Assembly: GCF_003918875.1 (NCBI RefSeq)
Contig: NW_025765858.1
Span: 248,001-312,000, forward strand
Length of the DNA stretch: 64,000 nt
Direction of reading: 5' to 3'
Origin: Haliotis rubra
Lineage: Eukaryota
The position numbers were made by a program, and so were the translations under genes. Within the stretch, counting starts at the first letter, position 1. Each line of letters begins with the position of its first letter. Under the pieces are notes generated by a model. The model searched no databases and was not told the DNA's origin. It saw nothing but the letters and a program-made list of their open reading frames with translations. Below, one piece after another: positions 37,208 through 50,971 of the stretch.

Positions 37208-38646
37208 ATGAAGGCCCTTCTCCCTCTTGTGGCAGTATTTGCTGCGGTACTCACGGAAGTGACGTCACAGAGCTGTGCTTCTCATTCAAACGGATGCAGC
37301 ATTCCATTTAACTTGCCATATTTCTTCAAGAACCGCTTCACGCCCAGCTGTGACAAGCACGATGTTTGTTATGCGTGTGTAAGTACTAATACCACGTGGT
37401 TTATTATCCATTTTTATGACCATAGTGGCGATATTCGTAAAGTATCGGGTAATTGGCTCTTCGTGACGAAAATCAACATAACTACGCACTGCAACTACCA
37501 CATAAATACCTAACGACGCAACCAAGGTGGCAATACCTCATTAACTCCGGCAACCAAGACACCAATACCTCACTAATAACGATATTCGTAAAATATCGGG
37601 TAAATGGCTCTTTGTGACGACAATCAACATAACTACGCACTGCAACTACCACATAAATACCTAACGACGCAACCAAGATGACAATACCTCATTAAATCCG
37701 GCAACCATTTGCAAGACACCAATACCTCACTAATAACTAAACCAACACATCTACACCTTATTACGCACATTAACCAACACATTAATACATCTGGAAAACA
37801 GCAGGAAGCCGGAGACCCACAATGTCCATATCCGACTTATCAAGGCAGTCCACGCGTGCATTTTCTAGATAATCGATACCCAGACACCTGTCTCCGCACA
37901 ACAAAAACAAACCTGTCTTCCTGCAATCGAGATGTGCANNNNNNNNNNNNNNNNNNNNNNNNNNNNNNNNNNNNNNNNNNNNNNNNNNNNNNNNNNNNNN
38001 NNNNNNNNNNNNNNNNNNNNNNNNNNNNNNNNNNNNNNNNNNNNNNNNNNNNNNNNNNNNNNNNNNNNNNNNNNCTGTGTTTTTGCATTGTTATGTACAG
38101 ATAGAAATAGCTGCTATGTTGTTGTTATATTAATCATAACAGTTTTACCTGCATATTTGTAATCTGTGTTCAATTATTAATTTACAGTACTTTTACCTGT
38201 AAGAAACGCTCTTTCATTTATCTTATTTATCCTGTACTCACGTATGTGCTCTGTCATGCTGAACAGCAAATTCCCACTCAGGGTAATAAAAAAAATTATT
38301 CTTAAGCAGTAAACCGACCAAGATACATAGAGCTTCGCGTAGGAACGCAATCTGAAATACATACAAGTTGTATATGAGTTAATCGAATGTAATCCATCTC
38401 CAGGCTGGCCATTACGGAAGAACCCAGAACGACTGTGACAGGATGCTGTACAACGAGGCAAACAGGGTGTGCTCATCAATGAGGAAACGTTTCATCCTCA
38501 GCACTCTGACTGCAGCAGAGAAGGAATTCTGTAAGGCCATATCACTGAGCTACTACGCGGCTGTTCATCAGTTTGGTTCCTCCCACTTTTCAGCAAGCTC
38601 GGCCAGTTGGTGTTCCCAGTCCTGGGTTAGGAGTTGCATGCCCTAA
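37208..38646 (+). CDS. Conodipine-like (group IX-type) secreted phospholipase A2, copy A, 137 aa
   Basis: Exons 37208-37378 and 38404-38646 (phase 0). Signal peptide MKALLPLVAVFAAVLTEVTS, then SNGCSIP, FTPSCDKHDVCYAC (His-Asp active-site motif), DCD, a dibasic RKR site, and a C-terminal YYAAVHQFG..WC..WVRSCMP segment like the conodipine beta chain. Confidence 0.88.
37430..37737. repeat. About 151-bp tandem duplication in the PLA2-A intron
   Basis: GATATTCGTAAA.TATCGGGTAA starts at both 37430 and 37581. Confidence 0.85.
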
Positions 38647-39859
38647 CGTTAATGTGTTTTTTTCAATACATCTTCTGGTTGTGTACTCAAATGCGAATAC
38701 TATGATGATTTGGTGTTGTCATTGGGTATTTTTGTTTGTTTGTTTTTTTTGTTTATTTGTTTGTTCAATTCCGCACTGAGCCATTATCCAGCGATATGAA
38801 TAATCGGGTCTGGTGAAATTATGCTGTGATTGACATCATGAGCAAGAGTTGTGAGTGAGTGAGTGAATTTAGTTTTACGTCGCTTTTAGCAATATTCCAG
38901 TAATATCACGGTGGGGGACACCAGAAATGGGCTTCACACATTGTACCCATGACATGGGTACATGTGAAGCCCATTGTGGGGAATCCAACCCGGGTCATCG
39001 GCGTGACGAGCGAACGCTTTAACCATCAGGCTACCCCACCGCTCCAATGAGCAAGAGTAACGCACTTGGGATACAATGAGTGTGTCAGCCAAGTCAGCGA
39101 ACCTGAGCAGCCGATCCCGTTAGTCGCCTCTCACGGCAAGTATGAGTTGCTGAGGTCCAATCCTTACCCGGATCTTCATGGATTTCCTGACGTGTCATTC
39201 TACCGAGCTTCTTATCTGTCTACTTCAGTATATTACATTGTGACAAAGAAAATAGGATCCATACGTTACCAAGGATTTGTTATTTACAATACGAAGCTGG
39301 AGAAATGTTTGCAGTCATATAATTCTCTCACAACAAAGTGACCTCACTCACTTAAGGGCACCTCTAATCTCTCATTTTCAAAAAAGATTTCATTCGGTAT
39401 GTGTGTCAGCTCTAGTGTACTTTGGTACTGTGACAGATATCTACTGACAGTCTCTCGGGAAAGTAGTTTAACAAGGCGATCTATAATGTGAGCGTTGGCA
39501 TGCTCAGAATGACCTTTGGTAACATCCGTTTCGATTTCGGTGTTAAATGGATTCCATCATGTCGTCATAACGGTAACACGGTACGCAAAACTAGCTTTTA
39601 ACATTACCATGTCACAATTTTCAACATTGCGAAAAGTTAGCTTATGTTAGTCGTAGTCTATTACGATACAATTTCCACACATGTCATATACAATTGGAAT
39701 TCAAAATATTCGATTAAAATATTCAAAACTGGGTCAGTAAGCTGTGTCATACAAACAGGGCTGCAGACAAGGAGATCCTCTTTCACCCTGTTTATTTATA
39801 GCTGAGCTATTACGCCTAGTGCATGGCGCTCAGATCACAATCAGTTGAAATTAAATGCA

Positions 39860-40060
39860 CCTTAGGCAAGTGAGTTTGTTCAAAATTGCCTCTGTTCACC
39901 CAGCAGAAAATGGGTACCCGGTGAAGTAAGCCGTGAGACTATTAACCTCCCAGCGCCTAACAGCTTGTGTTACCCGGGGTAACAATGACCAGATTGTGCG
40001 CTTTGAGCAGGATATCTAGCCTGGAAAAGGCGCGTTATAAGTATTCACCTTTTTATTGTT
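39860..40060 (+). mobile_element. SINE family 4 fragment; second copy at about 36270-36450
   Basis: Both copies share TCTGTYCACCCAGCAGAAAATGGGTACCCGGTG and a GCGCTTTGAGCA..GCGC..ATAA tail. Confidence 0.55.
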
Positions 40061-40554
40061 GAGAAGAAATACCTTTGTCTTTGACGAAGCAATGAATACA
40101 TTATACACCTTTGGCAAACTGACCAGACTGAAAATATATATACAAAAACAAATAAGGCAATATGAATGGGATCAATGGCAACAAGTCCAAGACGCCTAAA
40201 TCCAGACTTAAATTTACGCTGTTATAATGTACATCTGAGGTATCAGGAATCGCACTTAATTTCCATTCAGACCTTTGACTATGAAGCCGAATCGAAACAA
40301 TTAAAAGCAGTCGTTGACATTGGATAAAACGAAACGACACGGCAATGCTTGCAGATGGTGTTCTCTGCTCTAAACGTTGTAATAGGTACCGATGTGCACC
40401 ACCACCGCTAATACAAACCCTCACCCCCACAAACTACACAGGATCTGTGAAATACACGTGGATTTACTAGTCAACCACATAGCCATCATGAATAATTAGC
40501 CTACAATAGAATAAATGCAGTCAGGTTACATGTTTCCAACATGCGTCTAGAAAA

Positions 40555-40910
40555 GTGGTGGTGGTGGAATTGGGTTTTCACGTCGTGCTTGAGAATATTT
40601 CGCTCATATGACGACGTGCATGCGTGTGTATGTGTATGTGCGGCTGCTTGTACTAGCCCAGACTTAAGCTGGTTTTATAGTGCTAGCCCACTGAGATACC
40701 ATGCCGCAGTGAAGCATGCATACTCCACTCAGACACATTATACTGACTCCAAGCCGACCAGTCCTTGTTGTACCCATGAATGCTGAGCGCCAGGCAGGGA
40801 CCAACAAGTACCATATTTTAACGTCTTTTGGTATGACGCGGTCGGGGATCGAACCCGCGACGTTCCGCACTCCGGGCGGACGCTCTAACCACTACACCAC
40901 GGAGGCGGTC
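40555..40910 (-). mobile_element. SINE family 1, full-length copy with target-site duplication
   Basis: Flanked by the direct repeat CGTCTAGAAAAGT. Confidence 0.85.
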
Positions 40911-42538
40911 GTCTAGAAAAGTACATATATAACAGGAACGGCAATAATATAGGTGAATTACACAAATATAACAGTGTGTTACGATACGTATTCCCACGTA
41001 AGAAATAGAGATTATTACACGAGTAAGTGTGTCATACGACTTATACGAAACGAGTGTAAAATTTCGTATTATATTTGCATACATAATTTTGCACGAGTTT
41101 CGTCGTATGGCACACTAGCGAGCGTAATAATTTCTTTATTATCAATTTTATTAATGTACATTTGTGCAGTAAAACACGGAAAGCAAGTGAGACGGCCCTC
41201 TTCATTGACGTTACGTGCAATTGTTTAATGACGTCACAGACGACAAAAAAACAGAAGCAATGGTTGCTAGGCAAGGTGATATGTGAACATGTGCACGTAC
41301 TGAAAATATGACATGACTTATGTTCCACCATATGGATTATAAAACAGTTTAGACATGACTGAATTATATATGTCTGACACACTCTGATGCATCGTCAAAT
41401 TCACGCAAATACAGTATTCACAGTAATAAAATATTCAAAGATAGACAGAGTAATAAGATTAAACAGATTTGAGTGAGTGCGTGGGTATGGTTTTACGCCA
41501 CTTTTTAGCAATATTCCAGCAATATCAAGGCGGGGGACACCAGAAATGGGCTTCACAAATGGTACCCATGTGGGGAATCGAACCCGGGTCTTCGGCGTGA
41601 CGAGCGAACGCTTTAACCACTAGACTACCCCACCGCCCCTAAACAGATTTGAAGCAGTGAGTGTGAGTGAGTATAATTTTACGCGCTTGTTGCAATATTC
41701 CAGCAAAATCGCAGTGGGGGACACCAGAAATGAGCTTTACTCATTGTACCCATGTTGGGAACTGAACCCGGGTCTTTGGCGTGATGAGCGAACACTTTAA
41801 CCACTAGGCTACCAAAGCGCCCCCAGAATTGAAGTAAGTCATTCTGAACAACAGTACATGGAAATATCTGAGAAACAGACCCCAAGGATAACATGTTCCA
41901 CGTAAACTTGAAGATAGTGCGAAGGAGTGTAGTAAATAGTTACGACACATTACATTAAAGTAAAGGCATAATAGCATGTGGTAAAGATTGATCAAAGTAG
42001 AAATATTACCTTCGCAAATATACGATGAGTTTATTAGTCAGCGACAGGGTAAGTTTTGAATGGCTGTCGTCCGTACGTTGTACCTATTTTACCTATCACA
42101 TATAATCGCAAAAATTGATTAAACGGATATTGTGAACTTCAATGTCGCTATCTCAACAGAAATATATTATTTAGTTTGACTGAAGTATTGATGAACAATG
42201 TAATAGCTCACCAGTTGCGACGCATGATTTGGTACGCGCATGATTTTCCCAACGTGGACCATAAACATAGCCGTAAATACAGATAAATGTATAAATATTG
42301 TACCTTGCACCTGTTAGCTTAACGCTGTCTGGTCAGCACAATAAGATAGACTGGTCTCAGATTATATCCGATGCATATTACCATTTGTGATCTTTGCAGG
42401 TTGAAGACAGTAGAACACCGTAGCTCAGTCTGCAATATTTACAGTTTCCAATCGCATATTACGCGAACTTTTCATTTTCCCCATGTTAATAGCTATATGA
42501 ATCGAGACGCGTCAAGGCAACAGTTTCTTGAAGTTTCA

Positions 42539-42573
<35 letters not shown>

Positions 42574-42746
42574 GCGCACACGCAAACACACACACACATC
42601 AAGGCCTCTTTCTCCAATGTGTGTCTTATCTACTTGCTTAGATATGATAGTTTTAAGCTTTAAGCAAACATCGACAGATGTCCTACTTCCAGCAGTGATT
42701 TCAAGAACGGAGCACGAGTCTCCCTCAAGACATTCATATGTGACAA

Positions 42747-42918
42747 GGGGCGGTGGGGTAGTCTAGTGGTTAAAGCGTTGGCTCGTCACACCGAAGACCC
42801 GGGTTCGAATCCCCACATGGGTACAATGAGTGAAGCCCATTTCTGGTGTCCCCCGACGTGATGTTGCTTGAATATTGCTAAAAGCGGCGTAAAACCAAAC
42901 TCAGTCAGTCAGTCAGTC
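42747..42918 (+). mobile_element. SINE family 2 (about 170 bp, tRNA-derived, (ACTC)n-type tail), representative of about 30 copies
   Basis: GGGGCGGTGGGGTAGTCTAGTGGTTAAAGCG..GGGTTCGAATCCC head with TSD CATATGTGACAA. Other copies start near 4679, 5330, 5655, 7416, 10874, 12073, 13667, 15534, 19302, 23757, 24515, 26882, 28626, 32063, 38851, 41471, 41664, 45065, 46054, 51340, 57027 and 63189. Confidence 0.85.
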
Positions 42919-44532
42919 AACCATATGTGACAAATTCTGGGTAACGTGACGAGCGAACCCTTTAACCATTAGGCTACCCCACCGTCCCCTGACAGTAACG
43001 GGTGACTTCGCCTTGATCAACAGACGGTTGTCGTGCATTTCCCAATGAATGTGATGAAATACGACTCGTACATTAGGGGAATTCCACATTTTCTAAAAGT
43101 AATATCCCATCGGGACGGTATCGTCATAGGAGCTGTAACATAGATTACGTGTTTATGCATCATTACCAAACTGAAGCGTATGTTTACAGAGTTTGTTATA
43201 CTACTAATGAGAAACCACACATCATCACATTGTCATGTGTGACATAGTGAAATGCAATGGGGCCCATAAGTTGGTCACGGTATTTCGCGAGACATTCCGG
43301 CACTTCCGGTGACAAACAACGTTTCATATCTATTCCAATGGACTTATGGTTGTAATAAGGAGCCGATAATCCTTGAGGAATAACACATTTCCGATCTAAC
43401 CATCCCCAAATTAGCCAACTATTACGACTGTCAACAGCTGTGGCAGCCAAGCATGGTTGTACACTTGGTTCGGTCTAGCCAGTGAGTATGGTATCGAACC
43501 CGGGTTTTCGGCGTGACGAGCGTAGCTTTAAACCCTGGGCTACCGCCCCGGGCCGGTCTAGTAAAGTCATATATGGCGGTCGCGCTGTCTGGAACCGTGA
43601 CTGGTTCTTGAACATACGGTTGTCACCGGAAATCTGGGCCCCGTCTCGCATATCGCAAGTTGCCGCGCGCAAAGGGAGCCGGGAACCAGCTTAGTACCGG
43701 AAGTAGCGCCTCGCGAGACTTATAGGCCTCATCGCATCGCCTCAAGCGGTAACCCCGTCTTCAACAGCTCATCCACCCCTCGTATGATTCAAACATGCAC
43801 CAGATGTTCACATAACATTCATATTACTACATTTTCAGCAGCAACCTGATTAATTTAATTCCAGTTCTAGTTTTACTGGGTGTAACTTCCATTTCAAGTG
43901 AATGAAACCGCCATTTTGTAAATTTCGATTTGTACATTTTGGAAGGTAGCCCGAATGACGTTTTAGGGACGGAAGACGTCGCAATAAAAGCAACTCCCCG
44001 CGTAAATAAAATTTGCTGTAAATAATGTTCTTTAGTGATTCATGTAACTGTCAGTACAGGGATTGAGGTTGCATTTGTCGCTCATCAGTAAGTTTCTGCG
44101 AGAAAAGAAGCAGGTTATACCAAGAAAGATCAACTCACACAGTATATCACAACTCATTCTTACCAAAAACAGATAATGAAACCAGTTACCACTACAGCTG
44201 ACAGAAGCAGAGACCATCATCAAGTTCCAGTCTGGCCTCACAAGTGCCAGCAAGGAGCTGGTCCAGCCATGATCTCTAATAAACCTGTACATAATTTTAG
44301 CCCAACTGCCTCTTGACTGACTATTTAAACTAGTTTCTAAACATACGATGGACAGTTGCGTTATTGCAAGCGCACTCTCATCGCAGAGCCAATTACGGTC
44401 TATGAAGAATACCGGTTCTTACCATGAAAGAAGAGTGAGTGACTGAGTGAGTGAGTGTGGTTTACGCCGCTTTTAGCAACATTCCAGTAATTTCACGGCG
44501 GGGGAACACCAGAAATTGGCTTCACGCATTGT

Positions 44533-44619
44533 AAGAAGGAGATTCTGAAGAAGAAGAAGAAGAACAAGAAGAAGGAGAAGAAGATTCTGAAGAAGAAGAA
44601 GAAGAACAAGAACAAGAAG
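44533..44619. repeat. (GAA)n-rich microsatellite truncating a SINE
   Basis: Directly visible. Confidence 0.85.
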
Positions 44620-44742
44620 CGTTTCGCTCTTCATGGAATTTGGTCACGTGAGGCACTGTCTTCATTTGCTGATGAATGACAACAAATAGAACGTCAGTCC
44701 ATAATAGTGCACAAGTGCACAATGTCTTCACACGATAATGTT

Positions 44743-44843
44743 AAGGTGTGTTCGCCCACGCTGCATTTCCCACTGCTTTTATCTCAAGCATTATAAGACA
44801 ACTAGCTGAAACCAGCCTCACACCTGCACTTATTTAATCACAG
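44743..44843 (+). promoter_or_regulatory. Core promoter and short non-coding exon 1 of PLA2 copy B
   Basis: TTATAAG at 44791 and donor CAG|GTAAGC at 44843/44844. Shares the AAGGTGTG, TTTCCCACTG, TTTATCTC and CACACCTGC blocks with copy A. Confidence 0.6.
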
Positions 44844-45504
44844 GTAAGCATATATAGAATCATATATGTAGTGTTATTTATGTACAATATGTGTGTGAAT
44901 GTCGGGATATTTTCATCATCAGCTCTGCAGTAGTTAACACAGTGATTGTTTGCAATGATGTGTCGACGGCTAATGTGATACAACTACTGCAGCCGAAACA
45001 GAACGATGGGGTCCAGTCCTTCAGAAGCACATTCTATATAACTGATCATCACTGAGGAACACGAGGTGGTGGGGTAGCCTAGTGGTTAAAGCATTCGCTC
45101 GTCAAGCCTAAGACCCTTTGCTCGATTCCTCACATGGGTACAATGTGTGAAGCTCATATTCTGTCCACCGCAATGATATTGCTGGAATATTGATAAAAGT
45201 GGCGTAAATAGAGAATCTCACTCATTAACTCATGTTACTGTCAGTTGGAAAAACAATGATTTCAGATTATATATTGAAAGTCGATTAAATACAATATATT
45301 TGTAATATGGCCAATGTACCGGTTATGATGAAAATCAATTTCCAAGCTCTTCAGTTACAAATTCTGCCAGATATCAAGTGTTATGAATTCATGTCACGTG
45401 ATAGCACTCAGAGAAAGGTTAGTGAAAACCAAGACTCTACTTCTGCGCGTCTACAGTGAATGACTTCCACCAACGTCAGTGATTTTAATTTTCAGACTTG
45501 TACG

Positions 45505-48500
45505 ATGAAGGCCCTTCTCCCTCTTGTGGCAGTATTTGCTGCGGTACTCACGGAAGTGACGTCACAGAGCTGTGCTTCTCATTCAAATGGATGCAGCGTT
45601 CCGTTGGACCTCCCATACTTCTTCAAGAGCCGCTTCACGCCCAGCTGCGACAAGCATGATGTCTGTTATTCATGTGTGAGTCCGCAATTTAATGTCAGAT
45701 ATTTATCCATTTTAAATCAATGGTTGTTGTTGTGATATTTGCAAACTAAGGTCTTCCAAAGATCAGAATGTTTGGTTTAAAAGTAATGAGAACTGGACAC
45801 CTGTTACTGTATGTATGGTTCCATTGTCATACTGCAAAACAGAAACTGAACATAGAGAATTTCTGGGTTTCATCTTCTTTTTTATTGTTTGGTACAACGT
45901 TAAGGACTTGTTCTGGCCCCGTCATCAGGTAGAACTAAAGCACAAACCCTGAAACAGAAGATGAAACCCAGAAAATTATCATTTTTCATCAAATAGCCTC
46001 TTCTAAAATGCCAATCAAACATCTAAAACAGAAACTGTCTCTATCACACACGAAGTGAGTGAGTGAGTGAATGGGTGTGATATACGCCGCTTTTAGCACT
46101 GTTCCAGCAATATCACGGCGGGGGATACCAGAAATGGGCTTCACACATTGTATCCATGTGCGGAATCGAACCCGAGTCTTCGGCGTGACGAGCGAACGCT
46201 TTAACCACTAGGCTAACCCACCGCCCCTATCACACACGAAAACCAACACATTAAGACCTAACTACAAGCCGCTATCTTCATACCTACCTCTGTAAGACAA
46301 CCAACGCCTTCCATCTATTTCTGTACGTAAAAACGACACTTTCATGCCTACCTCTGTACCTCTGTATCGACCCCATAGCTACTTCTGTACGACATCCAAC
46401 AACTTCACCAATACCTTGGGCGTTGGTGTAGCCTAGTGGTTAAAGGGTTCGCTCGTCACGCCGAAAACAGGGTTCGATTCCCCACATGGGTACACCTACA
46501 CCTAACTCTGCACAACAAACAACACCTTCATACCCACCGTAATACGTGACACATTTATATCTACGTCTGCACAACAAACAACACCTTCATACCCACCACG
46601 ATACCTGACCCCTTTATGTCTATCTCTGCACAACAAACAACACCTTCACACCTTCCACGATACCTGAGACATTTATGTCTATCTCTGCACAACAAACAAC
46701 ACCTTCATACCCACCACGATACCTGACATTTATATCTAGCTCTGCACAACAAACAACACCTTCATATCCACCACGAAACCTGACATATTTATATCTAACT
46801 CTGCACAACAAACAACACCTTCACACCTTCCACGATACCTGACACATTTATATCTAACTCTGCACAACAAACAACACCTTCACACCTTCCACGATACATG
46901 ACACATTTATATCTATATCTGCACAACAAACAAAACCTTCACACATTCCACGATACCTCACATATTTATATCTAACTCTGCACAACAAACAACACCTTCC
47001 ACGATACCTGACGTATTTATATCTAACTCTGCACAACAAACAACACCTTCACACCTTCCACGATACCTGACACATTTATATCTATATCTGCACAACAAAC
47101 AACACCTTCACACCTTCCACGATACCTGATATATTTATATCTAACTCTGCACAACAAACAACACCTTCACACCTTCCACGATACCTGACACATTTATATC
47201 TAACTCTGCACAACAAACAACACCTTCACACCTTCCACGATACCTGACACATTTATATCTATATCTGCACAACAAACAACACCTTCACACCTTCCACGAT
47301 ACCTGATACATTTATATCTAACTCTGCACAACAAACAACACCTTCACACCTTCCACGATACCTGACACATTTATATCTAACTCTGCACAACAAACAACAC
47401 CTTCATACCCACCACGATACCTGACACATTTATATCTAACTCTGCACAACAAACAACACCTTCACACCTTCCACGATACCTGATATATTTATATCTAACT
47501 CTGCACAACAAACAACACCTTCACACCTTCCACGATACCTGACACATTTATATCTAACTCTGCACAACAAACAACACCTTCACACCTTCCACGATACCTG
47601 ACATATTTATATCTAACTCTGCACAACAAACAACACCTTCATACCTTCCACGATACCTGACACATTTATATCTAACTCTGCACAACAAACAACACCTTCA
47701 CACCTTCCACGATACCTGACACATTTATATCTAACTCTGCACAACAAACCTTCACACCTTTCACGATACCTTCACACCTTCTACACCTTCACCTTTCACG
47801 ATGCCTGACACATTTATATCTAACTCTGCACAACAAACAACACCTTCACACACCTTCACGATACCTGACATGATTTATATCTAACCCTGCAGAACAACAC
47901 CTTCATACCCACCACAATACCTGACAACTTGAGTCTATCTCACACAACAAACAACACCTTCATACCCACACGATACGACACATTTATGTCTATCTGACAA
48001 CATTTATATCTACTTATATCACATAAACAACAACCTTCACACCTGCACATACCCTGACACATTTATATCTAACTCTCTGCACAACAAACAACACCTTCAC
48101 TTCCACGATACCTGACATGATTTATATCTATCTCTGCTCTGCACAACAAACAACACCTTCACACCTTCCACGATACCTGACACATTTATATCTAACTCTG
48201 CACAACAAACAACACCTTCCTTCACCCTGACATACTTATACGATACCTGACATATTTCATATCTAACTCTGCAACAAACAACACCTTCACACCTTCCACG
48301 ATACCTGACATATTTATATCTAACTCTGCACAACAAACAACACCTTCACACCTTCCACGATACCTGACACATTTATATCTAACTCTGCACAACAAACAAC
48401 ACCTTCACACCTTCCACGATACCTGACACATCTATATCTAACTCTGCACAACACCTTCATACAACACCTTCTGCATGACAACTGAACCGTCATATCTACC

Positions 48501-49691
48501 TCTGTAACCAATACATATATATCATTCACACGGAAACAGATGTATACGCGCGTTTGCACTACAATCGACGCCATTTGTCTTGTACACGCGCGACATCTGG
48601 AACCAATATACACGTCTGACCAGGCATATATATATATATACCTGGCACGTTTCTATATACAGGTAGGTTACGCGTAAGCAGGTAAACAACCGACGACTGT
48701 CAACACGTATGCGCAACCAACCCTTTCATGTATGCGTACATTCGCACAACAATCGACACTTATCATGATATACACATATCACGACACATATACTACTACC
48801 CGTACAACTCGCACATATAAACCTATTATCGCATGGCGACCAACAAATACAAACATGTATTCGCCGGCAACCAACACATGTATTTCGCATACATTCGCCG
48901 ACAACCAGCACGCATAACACCAAGCTTCGTCCTGGGCATTGTGGTCTTGTTGCATATGTAAATATTACTAATAAATATATTTCTGCAAATTGCACAGTGC
49001 GTAATCAGCTAGATGATGTGGCTCATTATGTACTGCATTGCCAATAATATGTAAATCAACTTAAGGCGATGGTAGAATCTCTGACAGCTTTCCATATTGA
49101 CATCTCATTGACTGGACTGTTGTGCTCAAGGAATATCACTCGCATTCTTGATTATATTAAAGCGTGTGGCAGCTTTACTACTTTATAAAAGTTAAAAAAC
49201 TTAGCAAAACTTATGAAGGTGTAAATAGGCCTAGCTGCCCGAACACCTATTAACTTTTAATTATCTATCTATCCATCCATCCATCCATCCATCCATCCAT
49301 CGACAACCAACACATATATGCTTACATTCGCACACATGTACGACTGTCAATGTATAAATCTACAGTAAACCAATCCATGTTTTCATTCAAATATTATAGA
49401 CATGCAAGGTGTGTACATGAGATCCTAATGTCCTACATCATTCCACAGGCTGTCCTTTTCCACAAAACTAAGGAGGACTGTGACAAGATGCTCTTCAATG
49501 ATGCAAAGAGAGTATGCTCATCAATGAAAAAACGCTTCATCGTAAACACTCTGACTGCAGCACAGACAAGCTTCTGCAAAGCCATATCACTCAGCTACTA
49601 CCAAGCTACCAAATATTTCGGCGCCTCCCACTTTTCAACAACCTCTGAGAGCTGGTGCTCCGAGTCCTGGGTGAAGAGCTGTATGCCTTGA
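45505..49691 (+). CDS. Conodipine-like secreted phospholipase A2, copy B, 137 aa
   Basis: Exons 45505-45675 and 49449-49691. Same signal peptide as copy A, FTPSCDKHDVCYSC, a KKR site, and 10 Cys in identical positions. Confidence 0.88.
46501..48470. repeat. About 54-bp minisatellite in the PLA2-B intron
   Basis: Unit TCTAACTCTGCACAACAAACAACACCTTCACACCTTCCACGATACCTGACACATTTATA-like, more than 30 units, degraded from about 47750 to 48250. Confidence 0.95.
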
Positions 49692-50971
49692 CAACCCTGT
49701 GTAAGTCATTATCAATAAATACTAAGTTGGTACACTGATGTACACTCGGTGTCATGACTCGGTGCTGTCCCTTGTGTGGCCTTGGAATTGCATTTCAGTA
49801 ACCCATGGTTGTAGTAAGAGGCGACTAACGGGATCGGGTGGTCAGGCTCGCCGACTTGGTTGACCCATGTCATCGTATCCCAATTGTGTAGATCGATGCT
49901 CATGATGATCACTGGATTGTGTGGTCACACTCACTTTCTGCCTTGGTTTCCAGGAAGTTGGATCAAGGATCATCCTCGAGGATCCAGGTCATTATTTATC
50001 TATCATATTTTCATGAATAACCAGGGCCTAAATGTTGCCACTGATCTGATACACAATCCGCTTAACACCACTTGAACACAAGGGAAAGGTTTATTCCATC
50101 AGGCGATCACACCCTAGCACATTTAATGATTCACACATTATTGCAAAGCTATGGGTCGAATGTTCACTTGCCGCGTAGGCACCAAAGAACATTGGGGTAT
50201 AATTTTCATTATTTCAGTATGTGAAGCTAATTGGTGAAAACGACGACAATAATAAAAAATAACTTTTCTTAACATGGCAAGACTCAGACATTCCGAATAT
50301 ACACGATGGCAAAAGCGGTGCTTTCCTTAACATTAAGGAGTGGCTACACCAAGTACTGATGTGGTCGCTGGTGGTGCCTCATACCATCACAACAATCATT
50401 ATTGGACAACTGTGTTACATTCCGTTTAGTTGTATTGTCATGGTAACCATATTTTCCGGAATTGATTCACGTTCTATTTAAAAGGTAAATTGTTCCCAAA
50501 ATTGAAATTTCATTTGGGTGAGAACTGGATATGAAAATGTTCCAATTAAATTTATATTAGTAATATCTGTTGATCAATCTGTTTATGATTATATTGAAAA
50601 AAAAGAAACAACAAGATATAATCGGATATTGATGTGACAATTAATATTAATGTTTTAAAACTACCCACATAAGCCTTGCCAGTAAAACAAATCGTATTTT
50701 GGGGCTCAAGCTATAAAAGTACCATTAGTCGATGTGATATGTAGACATGGAGCGGAGGGTGTCTCTCCCTCTTTCTCGCCAATTAAAAGAGCCTAACAAG
50801 TAACCTTCATACTTGCTACTTTTAGAAGATCGTTGTCTTTAATCGTTTAAAATAATTGTGATGCACAAAACGAACGGGATGAACAAGACTAAGTCGTTAA
50901 AAAGCAAGACATTCTTTGAAATGCGTACATATAAATCAGAAGTGTTTCATAAGTAGTATCATAAACCGTTT

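Noticed and set aside
42747-42820. tRNA genes
   Set aside because: The tRNA-like heads are always followed by SINE body, tail and TSDs, so they are not stand-alone tRNAs.
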